Assembly: GCA_027923505.1 (NCBI GenBank) | Contig: BROI01000002.1 | Coordinates: 2,356,001-2,420,000, forward strand | From: Mayamaea pseudoterrestris | Taxonomy: Eukaryota | DNA length: 64,000 nt | Reading direction: 5' to 3' | Shown here: one piece after another, positions 34,291 to 46,788 of the stretch | Layout of the letters: each line of letters starts with the position of its first letter | Position numbering within the stretch: the first letter of the stretch is position 1 | Made by a program: the position numbers and the translations under genes | Notes under the pieces: generated by a model | The model's database searches: none | Told to the model about the DNA's origin: nothing | What the model saw: only the letters and a program-made list of their open reading frames with translations

Positions 34291-35729
34291 ATGAATGATA
34301 GCGTTCTCGAGGCATGCATTGGAAGTTCTAGACCGGTGGAAAGCAACATGTGGGACCAAGTTGCATCCAAAGGAATTACTTTCGACAAAAGTAATGAGAC
34401 CGTAGACGATACGATCATTAAAGCAAAGGCTTCGTCGGTTGATCCGAAAGTCACGGCGCGACCTCACATTCCCTCCGTTTCCGCGACGGCCGTACTTGGC
34501 GAGTCAGCCACTCTTCCTCCCAATATGAAACCATGCCGAGGCCACGATTTTAATGCGAGCAACGATATTGACAGCATCATGAAGTCATACTTATCGACAG
34601 GCTTTCAAGCCACCAATCTTGCTCTTGCTATTCAGCAAGTCCAGCAAATGCGAACGTGGCGATTGAGTGACATAGAATGGAAGGAGGGCGATGATCTGGC
34701 GCTACAATCGCAATCAATTCGCGAGCGAATAAGAGCAAAAGTATTCTTTGCTTACACGAGCAATCAAATTTCATGCGGACAACGAGAAGTCATCAAGTTT
34801 CTGGTTCAGCACAGCATGGTGGATGTCATTGTCACCACAGCTGGCGCCATTGAGGAAGACCTCATCAAGTGCTTTCAACCAACCTACATGGGGGATTTTC
34901 GTTTGTCGGGTCGTGAACTGAGAAAGAAGGGAATAAATCGAATTGGAAATTTGTTAATTCCCAACCAAAACTACTGTGAATTTGAAGACTGGGTGTCACC
35001 CATCATCAACAAGATGCACGATGAACAGGATGAGGATGCAATTCGTTGGGCGCAGGAGGTTGCTAAGCGCGATCCTTCCGATGCAGATTTTCCTGAACGA
35101 CTGGTATGGACACCTTCGAAAATTATTCGTCGATTGGGACTGGAAATTGACAATTCTGACTCGGTTTTATACTGGGCCGGTGAGCACATATTATGTGACT
35201 GGAAAGGCTTACCATCCGAGGCCTTACTTGATGCTCACCTTTACTTTTTTAAATTACTTCAGCCGTGAATAAGATACCCATATTTTGTCCCGCGTTGACT
35301 GATGGCAGCTTTGGCGACATGCTATATTTTCACTCCTACAAACGCGCAGGTTTCATTCTCGACATCAGTCACGACATTCGCGCCATTAATGATCAGGCTG
35401 TCCGGAGCCACTGCACGGGCCAGCTTATTCTTGGCGGAGGCGTTGTCAAACACCATACATGCAATGCAAATCTCATGAGAAACGGGGCCGATTACTCTGT
35501 TTACATCAACACGGCATCCGAGTTCGACGGAAGCGACTGTGGCGCATCTCCGGACGAAGCTGTGTCTTGGGGCAAAATTCGCATTACGGCGCAGCCGGTC
35601 AAGGTGACGGCAGACGCAACGCTGGCGTTTCCATTGCTTGTGAGTCAAACGTTTGCCAAGGACGTAGCGGCGTGGAAAGAGTCGGTGAAGTGCACCGTCT
35701 GCTGGATTGATGAATTGGAAAGTGAGTAG
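34291..35729 (+). CDS. DHPS: Deoxyhypusine synthase; intron 35180-35262; start at 34291 or 34348
   Basis: [52 protein letters not shown] and EAVSWGKI with the catalytic Lys intact. Confidence 0.96.
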
Positions 35730-35884
35730 TAATCATATCTAGGTGCATTTATGTACAAGGTTGCCTAGTTTTACTGTTTCATTACAAGATAGAATTACAA
35801 ACCAACAATTGGTAATAGTGCTCATAGACACGGTAGGAATCACTGACAAATACCATGTTCAAATCTACAACATGGAAAAAGGGC

Positions 35885-37212
35885 TCAAGGAAATCTTGAA
35901 GATATTTCGTCGGGAACATCATATAGCAGCGAATTGTAAGACACGTTAAAGGTAGTCAATGAAGGCATGGATGCTATGCAAGTTGGAAGGTCTCCGAGCA
36001 AACCGTTTCCAACGAGGGAGAGGGATGTCAAGCAAGGGAGGCAACAAATTTCCTTTGGGGCGGTCCCAACAAGATTATTCCAGTCTGACACGAAGCAAAC
36101 GAGGAGACACAAAGTGAGCAAGTTTTATATATTGCACTCGATTCATGAGTCCAGTACTGTCTTAGCCTACCAAGTGAGATCCTCTTTGCCGCGCAACCTC
36201 CGTCTAATCGCTCACTGCAGCTTTCGACGCCATACCAATTGCAAACGTCATCCGTGGACACCCATTGCGAATTGTTACGCCACTCATCGCCAGCCGTCAT
36301 TTCATAAAGCATCATGAGGCCGAAGCGTTCAGCTATCATGCCCATGTTGTACTTGTAGAATGTATCTACAGTGTCGTCCGTGTTAGTGGCAAGTCGACTC
36401 AGCATTTCGGCAAAGAGAACGGCAAAGATTTTGCCTTGAATGGTGGTGACGTTCAAAAGTTCTTCTTGTTCCGTACAAGATTCTAGCGCTTGTAGAATAA
36501 AATTGTGAATCAGAATAGTTCCATAGTCGTGCGGCAACTTTATTGGAGAGGATGTTGGTGCCTTGGAGTCTATCATCGCCGCTGGTAGCGTTGGGGGACT
36601 GGCTGTTGGCGACTCGCCGCGACCTAAAGGGATTAGTGCCTCCGTCTTTGAATGTCTCGTATCAGCAGGCGTCGATCCATCACCCAAGCCTTCCCTGACC
36701 GAGGACGTAGCATTGAATTTTTCGCTTTGTAGATGCTGCGTCGACTCTTCAGCATCATTCTGACATTGAGTTAGAGCGACACCCAAAGAGACGGCTAATA
36801 CAATCACGATAAGAACGCATGTAGCTGTCATTAATCGTGTTTTCTGGTTGGACTTCTTCGTCGCAAAATTGATCATGACAACGTCATGCTCATCGCCAGA
36901 GCTTCCTTCCTGGGTGGAAACGTTTGAAAGCTTCTCCGCTTCATCCACGCTGCTCCAAGGCATTTCCACAGTCACCGTCTGCTGCGGTTCCTTGTCCCAT
37001 AAATCAGAGCCAGCAATTGAAGGAGGGCGCGAATTAAATTCCGAAGCGGCCTCGCCCCGACTATTCTCCGGAATGGAATATAAAGACGCTTCATCAGCGT
37101 AGTAGCATGTGTCGGCTGAATACTTCCAAGAGGTGAACGGATAGAAGCCCGCCAACACATTATGCGGACGAGACGGACACTCTTCGTCGCCGTCATGTTC
37201 GTCTATTCCCAT
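35885..37212 (-). CDS. Single-pass membrane protein with a C-terminal LRR cap and about three leucine-rich repeats; intron 36085-36170
   Basis: Hydrophobic helix CVLIVIVLAVSLGVAL, a Pro/Thr linker, the LRR cap ERFGLMMLY...W...W...VCNWYGVESC, then LDWNNLVGTAPKEI and LSLVGNGLLGDLPTCI. Confidence 0.8.
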
Positions 37213-37570
37213 GGTGGAGCTTGTTTGCTTGACAATGAAAATAAAGGATGATGTGCAAAAGGTGCGCTTAGATGCAGCGACGCATGTGGCCCAGGTCTTT
37301 GGCATGCGTGAAAACTCGATCTTTGGCCGTCGTACCGTGTATGACTGGACTGGCGCGCACAAATTATTGATGACGCTCTCAAAATCTCAGTGGTACTAAA
37401 AGCGACATTGCCTCTCTCCATTCGCTTCGGCTTGCGACGCCTCAAACCCTTCAGCCCCCTTGACTTCCATCGGCGGCGAAACTATAGACGACACCGCTGC
37501 AACATCATAATTCCTCCAGAAAGCGTACGACGATTTTCGAATCAATTATTTTTTTAGGGAGAGGCTCAAC

Positions 37571-39194
37571 ATGAAAGCGTCAGGCGCACCAGCAGCCGGA
37601 AACCCCTTGCAACCAGCACTCCAACAACTAGCGAGCGACTCGACCGGACTCAACACGAGCACGAGCAACAGCGAATCAGAGCACACCATTGTTGAGGTTC
37701 CTTCGCAACAGCAACCTTCGCCCGCTCCGCTGAATCCCTTTGATATGCTTGCTGGAGATTTGTCTGTTTCATCCAATACCTCTCGGAACCAAGCAGCAGC
37801 TGTTTCTCTTCCGGATTCTCCTCTCCGCAAGATCCCTGTGTTTATCTCATCGTCGCCAGCGACGTCTCAAGCGATGGAAACACGTCATTCACCAGCTACT
37901 TTGACGACTCCGGCTAAGCAGGATCGACCAGGGCAAAAGCAGCAAATTAGTGGAGCGCCACCACCAGCCTTGGTTCAACCCCGAGTCCTGCCCTTTGATT
38001 TGCCATCGCAGCCGATTTACAACAGTGTGGCGGAACCATCTCGAATTCCCATGACCAATAATAATTCGACAGAATTGCAGCTGCAAGCCAATAACAACTT
38101 ACCAGTAGATGACGACGACGGGAACACGGAACCATCCTCGCAGCCTTCCTCGCACGAGCAATCCATTTCCAATAAGACGACCTTTGCACGCTTACTGCAA
38201 TCCAAACGACGCAAGCAGGATCAAGACGACGATGACGAGGAAGCCATGAACAATGGCGCGCTCATATATGGATATTTGCAAAAGCTAGGTCGGAACGGAA
38301 AGTGGCAGTCGAGGTGGTTTGAATCGGACGGCGAATGCTTGTCATACTACAAGTCGAGCAAGCGCACCAAGCTATTGGCAACGCTTGATCTGGAAAAGGT
38401 GAGTGATTTGAAAACAATAATTTACAGTTGCGATGTTCGGATGAGAAAATTCATTTTCGCTGACTTGCTTTAACTTTGCTGTTGCTTTACAGGTCGGAAC
38501 AATTGAAGTCAACATAGATGATACCCGAGGATGTTGCTTCCGAATTGAAGTACTCGGACGCGATTATCACTTACGAGCTGAGTCGAGAGCTTCCTGTCGA
38601 GATTGGGTCATCACTTTAAACCGCGTTAAAGAAGCCAGACTTCAACAAGGCAACGTCAAGCTTGTCACGCCTTCGCCAAGCCCACTTGACCTATTGGACC
38701 CCCACGCCAATCGTGACATGACCCCTCGTGTCGTGGTTGTATCTAATCGGGAACGCACGAGGGCTGTCGACGAAGATGATCAGTGGGATGAAATGATGAA
38801 CCTAAACGGTGGTGAACCGGCGACTGTAGGAAACTTGGACCCATCGAAACGTCGTTCGGCACTTCAGACCGCCGTTTTGGCGCGTTGGTCCAAGCGCAAC
38901 TCATCTATTTCTAGACTTGCAGCCAAACTTGCTCGTTGGGCGCGCAGTTTGCAAAAGTACAGTTGCCAGGGAAATGCTGCGGATGATGTGCAATTAGACC
39001 GTCACGTTCATCCGCCGGGTCATGACGACGAGATGCGGAGTCGCAAATTATCTAAGGATGATTTAAATATTTTTGCAAGGGAGAACCAGCAATCCTTTAA
39101 TTCTTCCATGCCGCGGGGTGGTATCGACAAGGCCAATCGCAACGTTCGCGCGTTTAGCCTCACATCGGAGGATGAATCTCGAATGCTCGCGTAA
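37571..39194 (+). CDS. PH-domain protein with a disordered N-terminus; intron 38399-38492
   Basis: YGYLQKLGRNGKWQSRWF...LSYYKS; after splicing, FRIEVLGRDYHLRAESRASCRDWVITLNRVKEA. Confidence 0.85.
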
Positions 39195-39537
39195 TGACTC
39201 TTCAATTACGAGTCAGCATCAAAACTATTCGTCTATCTAGTCGTGAATCTGACAGATCTGCTCGCTATCTGCTTCACATAAGTAGTGTACATGTTTCTGT
39301 ATATTAATATTTTATAAATAGTCTACTTGGCCACGTTCTTAGCTTCCTCCATAGGAGTGAATGCCGTGTCTTTGTCAACACAAGGACGATTGATGGTGGC
39401 AGGCGTTACTACCTTTATACAGAAAGTGATAAGCGGCAGCAAACTTTTTCTTCAATTTATTGTCTAAATTTGCATAACAGTGGGCTTTCTCGATCCACTG
39501 ACACGTACTGTGAGTGAGGATCCCGGTTTAAAGACAG

Positions 39538-40752
39538 TCAAACCAGCGCTGGATTACTGAACTTGCTGTTGGAGTTGCATGATCGCTGCTTCTTTGCAGG
39601 GTTGTTATTTGCATCAGCCCTCGACGCTTCAAAAGAGTCAATAACGCCGTTCAACATCCAGCGGTTTTTAACGTACAAATCGTTTGCCATGGTTCCACTT
39701 TGTCGCACACGCATGCCAGCAAAAGGGTTCACGCCAAAATAAGACGCCCCTGAAAAAGGCTTGTTTTCCTCCTCATCGGGAGCACTGTACATACCAAAAA
39801 TGTCAGCTAGTCCCGGAGGAATAGAGCGGATCATATCTTGCTCCAAAAGGTATTGGCAATCCGCAATGCCCTCCAGTTCTGTGTTGGTGGTGGAAAGAAA
39901 AGGGGTTCCCTTTGGAATGCTGGCCAATGTCTGTGTCCAGTCGTAATCCGGGACTGTGAAACCGGGATTAAAGAACACAACCAAATCAGCTCCCGGAACT
40001 TGGTGCTCTTCTAGCAGCTCCCTGTCATAGACGCCTATATGCGAACGAATTGCAAGCCTGCCCGTGACCTTGTCACCAAATTGCATCGACCTGGTCTCAT
40101 TCACATCCTCAACAGGACACTGTGGCCCCAATAAAAAGATCATGATGCTCTCTAAACCACGATATCCCGAAAGCTCTGCTAAGGCTTCTGCATAAGCCGA
40201 CGCGTAGTCTTGCTTCTGGTCCCAAAACTCGGAATCCATCGACGCTCCAATAACATGTACGATCAGACTCTTCTTCGATGCCGCCTTTTTCAATGTATCT
40301 TTAAAACTTGGACTCTCGGCAATCACATTTGCAAGCGTTGCAGGATATGATTCAAACTCGCTTTGGATGCGATCTTGCGCAGACTGACGGCGTTGATTAT
40401 CAAGCGACTCTACCTTGTTTTCTTCAATTGCTTCATCGTCGTTGCAAAGCTTGAGAAGCGCACAAAGTATCGCAGTATGTCCCAATGCGTTTTCTTGTTC
40501 ACTTTCTTCACCGTCAAATTTTACAGCAGACGGGGCGTTCGCGTCTAGCTGACGACACACCTCCGAGCAATACTTGACGCGACGGCACGCGGGGCACGTA
40601 ACGATTTGATGTCTCAGCTCCGCACCACAAGCGCAACAAGCATCAAACCCTAAACTCATGTTAAAGTCTTCTGCATAGCGAGCCATGAGATCCAGTGTCC
40701 GAGTCTGCTGCTCCGGTAGAGCGTCTAGATGGAAGGAAGCGAGGAGATCCAT
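39538..40752 (-). CDS. MYND zinc-finger protein with an MSS51-like C-terminal domain
   Basis: CCACG...CPACRRVKYCSEVCRQLD...H...C zinc finger, followed by IVHVIGAS, LLGP, DLVVFFNPGF and NPF motifs. Confidence 0.75.
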   Translation of the reverse strand: MDLLASFHLDALPEQQTRTLDLMARYAEDFNMSLGFDACCACGAELRHQIVTCPACRRVKYCSEVCRQLDANAPSAVKFDGEESEQENALGHTAILCALLKLCNDDEAIEENKVESLDNQRRQSAQDRIQSEFESYPATLANVIAESPSFKDTLKKAASKKSLIVHVIGASMDSEFWDQKQDYASAYAEALAELSGYRGLESIMIFLLGPQCPVEDVNETRSMQFGDKVTGRLAIRSHIGVYDRELLEEHQVPGADLVVFFNPGFTVPDYDWTQTLASIPKGTPFLSTTNTELEGIADCQYLLEQDMIRSIPPGLADIFGMYSAPDEEENKPFSGASYFGVNPFAGMRVRQSGTMANDLYVKNRWMLNGVIDSFEASRADANNNPAKKQRSCNSNSKFSNPALV

Positions 40753-41044
40753 GGTCAGATCGGATTTCGAATTTCTGTGGTTTGAATCGACGCTTCAAAA
40801 GGAGAACCGTTCGGACGCTACGCTACGTGTTGACAGTAGCTCGATGAGTTTTGTTAATGCGGAAACGAAGGCACCAACCTGGACAGGCAAGCTCTGGAAC
40901 GAAGCCCTTGCTAGATACATAGAATGTTTGATTCCAAGAGTAGAAAGGTGAACGCAAAGGGTACACCGTCCACTTAACTAGGTCACTTAAGTTACACAAG
41001 TGAGTACACAATTGGAGAGTACCAGCACATATATATAGTTATTG

Positions 41045-41125
41045 GACGTGTTCATCGGCGACGTGACATCCTCCTCGGGAAATTGACGTGCTCATCGGCG
41101 ACGTGAGCGTCCTCCTCGGGAAATT
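41045..41125. repeat. ~40-bp tandem duplication spanning the metacaspase stop codon
   Basis: GACGTG(T/C)TCATCGGCGACGTGA..TCCTCCTCGGGAAATT occurs twice in tandem. Confidence 0.9.
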
Positions 41126-43222
41126 CGCCGCTTCGTTGCTTCAAAATCATCTTCATCATCCGTCAACGACTCGAAAGACTCTTGCGCGGCCTCAGATTCT
41201 TCCTCCGTTCTCGTCTTGTACGTATCAGTCTCGTCATCGGAGAAAAACTCATCGTCTGGGCTGCTAACAAAGGTACAATTCATAACTTGTTCTAGCAGAG
41301 ATTGCTTTGGAGCTTCTTCCCTCTTCGCCATGACATCGTCATAAGCTATCGGACTTGCATGGCATACAACATTTCTGTTCGGACCTCGACATGCGTCGGC
41401 CAGTGCGTCGAGTATAGACTCTTGAGACATGACAATGTTTCGACGTTGCTTCTCCGACTCTTGAGCAATGTCGGTGTCGACTCCATCTGACAGCTCGCTT
41501 TCTGTCACTTGTAGTCCACGATCCAACGCCGTGCCGACAGTCTTGCCAAGCAAGGTAAATGTCGACGAATCGTAGAGCGTCTTGACAACCTTTAAAAATC
41601 GTACAAAGCTAAAATCATTATTCATAATCGGCTGACAGGTGATAAGAGAGGTGAGTTGTGTGATTAAAACGTTTGAAAAACCTGATACAATGTTGCAATG
41701 AAAGTTTAAACATACCTGAGAGGTCTCCATTGATGGTCGCCAAGTGTATGGCAAATCGACAATCATACCGGTATCGCAACTGTCAATTAGTATCGTCACT
41801 GTCACTCCATAACGCATCGGTGCTAAAAGTGTCTTGAAAATCAATGTGTCACGGATAATTCCAGCCTGCTTGTAGTCGCAAGGCACAATCGCTTCGTCGT
41901 AACTAGTATTGTCCGCATCAAGCGAGTCCAAGAATCGACCACCGTGCCCTGAAAACTGCACAAAAACTGCATCGCCAGGTTGACTTTCCTCCGAAAGCAT
42001 CTTGAGCGCGTCGACAATGTTTAAAAACGTTGGTGCCTCGTGCAAGTCATCATCCAACAAAGTCAACATTAGCTCCTTTGTCTCTGGAAAGCCATGTACA
42101 TTAACGATATAGTCCTTCATGGATCGTATATCATCGTGGCTCGCCTTGAGCTCAGCTCCTGGCACATTGGAATAGTTGCATCCGATAAAGAGCGAGCGCT
42201 TCTTACCCGTTGCAGGGACAAAGCTTTCCGGAACTAATGAAAATTTCTTTGACAAGTCAAGCCTTCGCGAAGTAGTAAGCTTCGGAACTTGAGGATACTC
42301 AATCTCTCGCATTTCGTCCTTCATCTTCCGAAGCAAGTCAGCCCATGCAATGGTATTGTGACTCGCAAATCCATTATCAAGCGAAAAACCAGACTTAAAC
42401 GACTTGCCCCAAGCAGACTCATCGTCATCATCATCATCGTCAAAGAGGGCGTCCATTTCTGGGTCGTCTGCGTCGCCGCTACGCGCGCTGTGGGCGGCAT
42501 CATATAGTACTTTTAGCATGGCATTCGTACAGGCTCCTCCGTATGATCTTCCAGGTTCCTGCGCACCGTCGCATGCATTGTATTCCTGGATAGAAAACAA
42601 TGTTTTAGGATTAATTAGTTGCTATAAAACATACCGACACATCATGACAAATCTCTGTACACACCGAACCAAGTTATTGCAAATTGCTTACCTCGGACGT
42701 GGGCAGGTCCCACATGGGCCCATACTTGGTGAAGACGCCGCCAATGATTCTTACATCTGCTGGGCAAAAGGCGGCGCTCTTGCGCGCATAATCTTCCGGA
42801 GATAAGACATTAATGCTCTGTTCCAAGTCGGGGTCGTCGCGCTTTGTCAGCGGCAGCTGTCCAGAATTGTTCGCCACCACTTGGAGATAGGCCATCAAGT
42901 CAGACATAGCAATGTTCACTAAAATCTGCTCTTCTCGTATATGAATCCCTTTCAAGTGATCATCGTCTCTGGTTTGGACAGCCAGACTCTTATTTCGTCG
43001 TCTCGGCGTGGGTGCTGTGGCAGCGTTGGTGGGAGTCTTTGTTTTGCCAGTTAGCTGCTGCTGGTTGCGAAGACGCCGCTTGCGAGCAGCAATTGCTTCA
43101 ATTTTATCAGCGTCAAATGAAGAGTTTTGCGATGATATAAGATTAGGCTCCGTTGTCATGTTCGTCACGACGGTGCTCTCGCTTTCTGCCGCGTGCTTGG
43201 CCTTGGCGTGTGAATTGCCCAT
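41092..43222 (-). CDS. Type III (p10-before-p20) metacaspase; introns 42586-42691 and 41632-41715
   Basis: p10 motifs (ADVRIIGG, GGACTNAMLKVLY, YPQVPKLTTSR) precede p20 motifs (KKRSLFIGCNY, QFSGHGG, DEAIVPCDY, IDSCDTG, DLPY). Confidence 0.88.
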
Positions 43223-43725
43223 GGTTCAAGAGCAATTTACAATCGGCTAGAAGCTCTCACACAATAAAGGACGAACAGGACCTATATAACAAAAACGGTC
43301 GGAAGGACAACTGGATCTGTAAAAGCAATGCCTCTCTCTGTATCGATCGTTGTCCGGTGGGCCGGTGGATAATCGTGTGCGACGGATGTCCCTCTCGAAA
43401 AATCGCCGACGGGCGAGTCGGGTCAGATCCACTGTGATTTAAAATGTAGGCATGCTTCAGCGAGCGGAGATGGTGTCTTTATTATCCGTTGAGCTGGCAG
43501 GCTTTTTGATAGTTCGGATGACACGTGGGGCTATTAGCGGAATTTTTGGTGCACATGATAGCTAACCAGAAATTGTTGCCAAGCCTTTCCTGCGGACAAG
43601 AAGCTACCCACAGGAAATTTATATAGTCTACTTTAACTATAATACTGACTTGCTGATCAGATGTACGGTATTCATAATCATAACGATTCGACCAACACAT
43701 CATGACCGCATGTTTTTCCATTATT

Positions 43726-44829
43726 TTACATGGAACCAGTTCCGGTGCACTTCCAGGTCCATTTGTCATCCTCGGTGTCAATCACCAGGTATACTTCCGA
43801 TACTCCAATGTTGCTGGGTCGGAACTTAACAATAAAGTCAGTCGCTTGTCGTCCACTTATAGATCCTTCTGCTGGTTCCACCGTCCACTGACCATCGTCT
43901 GGACAAAAGGCAGCGCGGAAGTCGGAGAATCCCATAAAGCTGTTCTGTGAACGGACAAGATATAGAGCAGAGAAGCAAATGTGTTATACAGTTATTCAAA
44001 TCACTTCCGTATTTCCTTCCTCCGACGAACCTTTAATGGAAATTCAAAGGCTTCATTCCTGTTTAGGCGCGACTGGAGGTCGATGGCGCCTTCCAATCGA
44101 TCCCCAGGTTGGACCGGCCCAAAGGCTGTATTAAAATCAAAATTCTGGTTGCGCTCTACTCCAAACTTGGACAAATCTCTCCAGCTTTCATCCGTCGATA
44201 CGGAATCAAATTCATCCGTCATGAAACGTGCAGCTCGTTTGGACTGCAATACTTCCTGTTGATTATGCCAATTCTCCAACTGCTGCGCCCGTGACGTTTC
44301 GACTCCTTCTTCACGTAGCTTGTCGGCGTAACCAGACGACGATCCCCACGCATTGCGGGCCGATCGAAGTTTACTCTTGCCAATCTCGGCGCTGTTCGAC
44401 CATTCCTTCTCGAGACCCTGCTTTCCGTCACCTGCCACGCCCATTTGTCCGTCACCTGTGATTGTGAGCACACCATTAAGGTTAGCGACTTGTTTTATCA
44501 ATATGGTTGTATGCAGTGTGCATATATAAATAGTTGTGTCATCTCTCACCTCCATCAAACTCCTGGAACTCCACGTAGGAACTCCAGTCACCGACGCCAA
44601 ACCGATCCTTCTTGTCCTGTGCCATGGCTGTCGCTTCTCTAGAGTCGTCTCCTTCGTCCTCCTCTTCGGCTGTTCCAATATATTTGTTCAAATCATCCAA
44701 ATAGCCAAACAAGCGCGAGGAAGAGGTACGAATGGATGGGGCCAAAAATGATTGCAGTGGCTGCGACACGAACGCTGTCGCACAATTTGCGGACAGAACA
44801 ACAAGGAGACCAGTAAGTGCTAGCTTCAT
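43726..44829 (-). CDS. Uncharacterised, probably plastid-targeted protein; introns 44456-44549 and 43945-44030
   Basis: Signal peptide MKLALTGLLVVLSANCATA-F followed by a Ser/Arg-rich transit-like peptide. Three track ORFs join in frame via GT-AG introns. The C-terminal domain is beta-rich. Confidence 0.8.
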
Positions 44830-45089
44830 GGTTGGTGCTTCAGAAACGGCAAGCAACGCAGTCTGTCTTATATGAATCTGAATTGCAAGCGAGTGAAGGC
44901 CGTCTGTCGGACTGGAGAATGCAAAAGATCCTCATGTCACCGCCGCGGACGTCACGTGGAGCCTTCTAGTCACGGAGCGACATCAGCAATCGATCTACAT
45001 CCTTCGCGATCCACCATCACCATGAACAACATTCGGTTCCTCGTTGTTGTTTAACAGCTATCAACCACAACTTCATTATCTATCAAGTC

Positions 45090-46487
45090 ATGGCAACGGA
45101 TAGAAAGAATAAAATGGATATTGATACGGAGGTTGAGAATGGACTTGCAAAGTATCCGGAAATGGCCCTCGCGCAACAAATGCATCGCATGGTGCACGAC
45201 GAGCAGTCTGACGCGAATTTGCAGGCCAAAGTTCTCGAGCGGATCCTAGTGGACCTGGAGAATCCGTCGTTGTATCGCCTTTTAAAGTCCAAGGTGACCA
45301 GTGCAGGAAACAGTAGCCTCATGTCTGTTGCCAAGCTCACTGAGGATGACTTGCTCAAGCTCGACAAGAAAAACTCCGAGCACTTGGCGGAACTCCATGA
45401 AAAGGTTGAAACTGCCAAGGAATCAGCAGGAGACATGGAAGTTATGGATGCGCGCGTTGAGATTGCCAAGTTTTCGGCCAAGTCGCTTTCACAGGAGGCT
45501 GCCTTGGCTGCTTGGAAGGATGTGGCTGACTTCAACAAAATTTCCTCAGGAAAAAAGCTCGATGCGATTATGGAGGGTGCTCGCGTCGCATCCTTTTACA
45601 ATGCGACGGCGATGACGGATGACCTAATTGTACAGGCGCAAAAGGTGGCGTCCTCTAGTGGAAGCGGGGGAGACTGGGACCGCTTGAATCGCTTGAAGGT
45701 GTACCAAGCTTTGCAAATGCTTTTGCATCGCGACTTTCGTGGAGCGGCCGCGCTTCTTTTGGGGTGCATGGCTACCTTTTCATGCACTGAAATGTGCTCA
45801 TACTCGGAATTCATTGGCTATGTTGTCTTGACTAATTTGCTGCACTTGCCGCGTGTCGAGCTCAAGGAGAAGATCATTGATGGACCGGAGGTTATTGGCG
45901 TTGCCAAGGATATTCCCGTCGTGGTAGGTTTTCAGATTGGAATGTTAAAGTTTCGTGGATGTATAGGATTCTCATTAGAACCATCTGTTTCTGTTTTGTC
46001 GCTTGCAGATCAAGTTGGCAAATTCGTACTACAACTGCGACTACAATTCCTACCTCAATGCCATGCTTGACCTCGAGTCGGTGTTAAAGCAGGACCGTTT
46101 CCTTGCTCCGCATACTGCTTTTTGGATGCGTGAGCTTCATATCTTGGCGCACAAGCAATTCCTGGATGCTTGTAAGTTGTAGGGTTTATTGCAACGTGAA
46201 CACGTTACACATCAATTATACCTCTCATCACTCTCGTTTCTTTCAAAGACCAAAGTGTGACATTACAAGCCATGGCTGCAGCGTTTGGTGTTTCGACCGG
46301 TTTCATTGATTATCATGTCAGTAGGTTCATTGCTGCCAATCGCTTAAGTGCCAAGATTGACAAGGTCGGAGGAACGATTGTCACCAATCGTCCCGACTTG
46401 AAGAATGCGCAGTATCGCGACATGATACAGAAAGGAGACTTGTTGCTCAACCGCATACAGAAGTTGTCACGTGCGCTCGACGTATAG
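45090..46487 (+). CDS. RPN7: 26S proteasome lid subunit Rpn7/PSMD6; introns 45924-46008 and 46172-46248
   Basis: [44 protein letters not shown] and [11 protein letters not shown]...[14 protein letters not shown] motifs. Confidence 0.95.
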
Positions 46488-46788
46488 TGTGTGCAGTGCT
46501 GGGTGGGATATGCACGCGACTGGCGGTTTAACGTAAACATAATACAGTAACAAACGAGAGATAATTTATTGGATCCTCCGCTAATTGTTAATCATAGCAG
46601 ATTTATAGAGGTATCGTCGTATTACACAGCTTCATAACATATACGGTAGTTACTATTTATGAATGGAAAGCTGATGCGCCAAACTCGTCGCAGTCTGTGA
46701 CCATACTGTTAGCGCCAATAGAAGATGAAACAAAAACAACCCAAATAAAACAAGGTCACTGCAAGCGTGAAGCTTCTAGAACGCTGAT

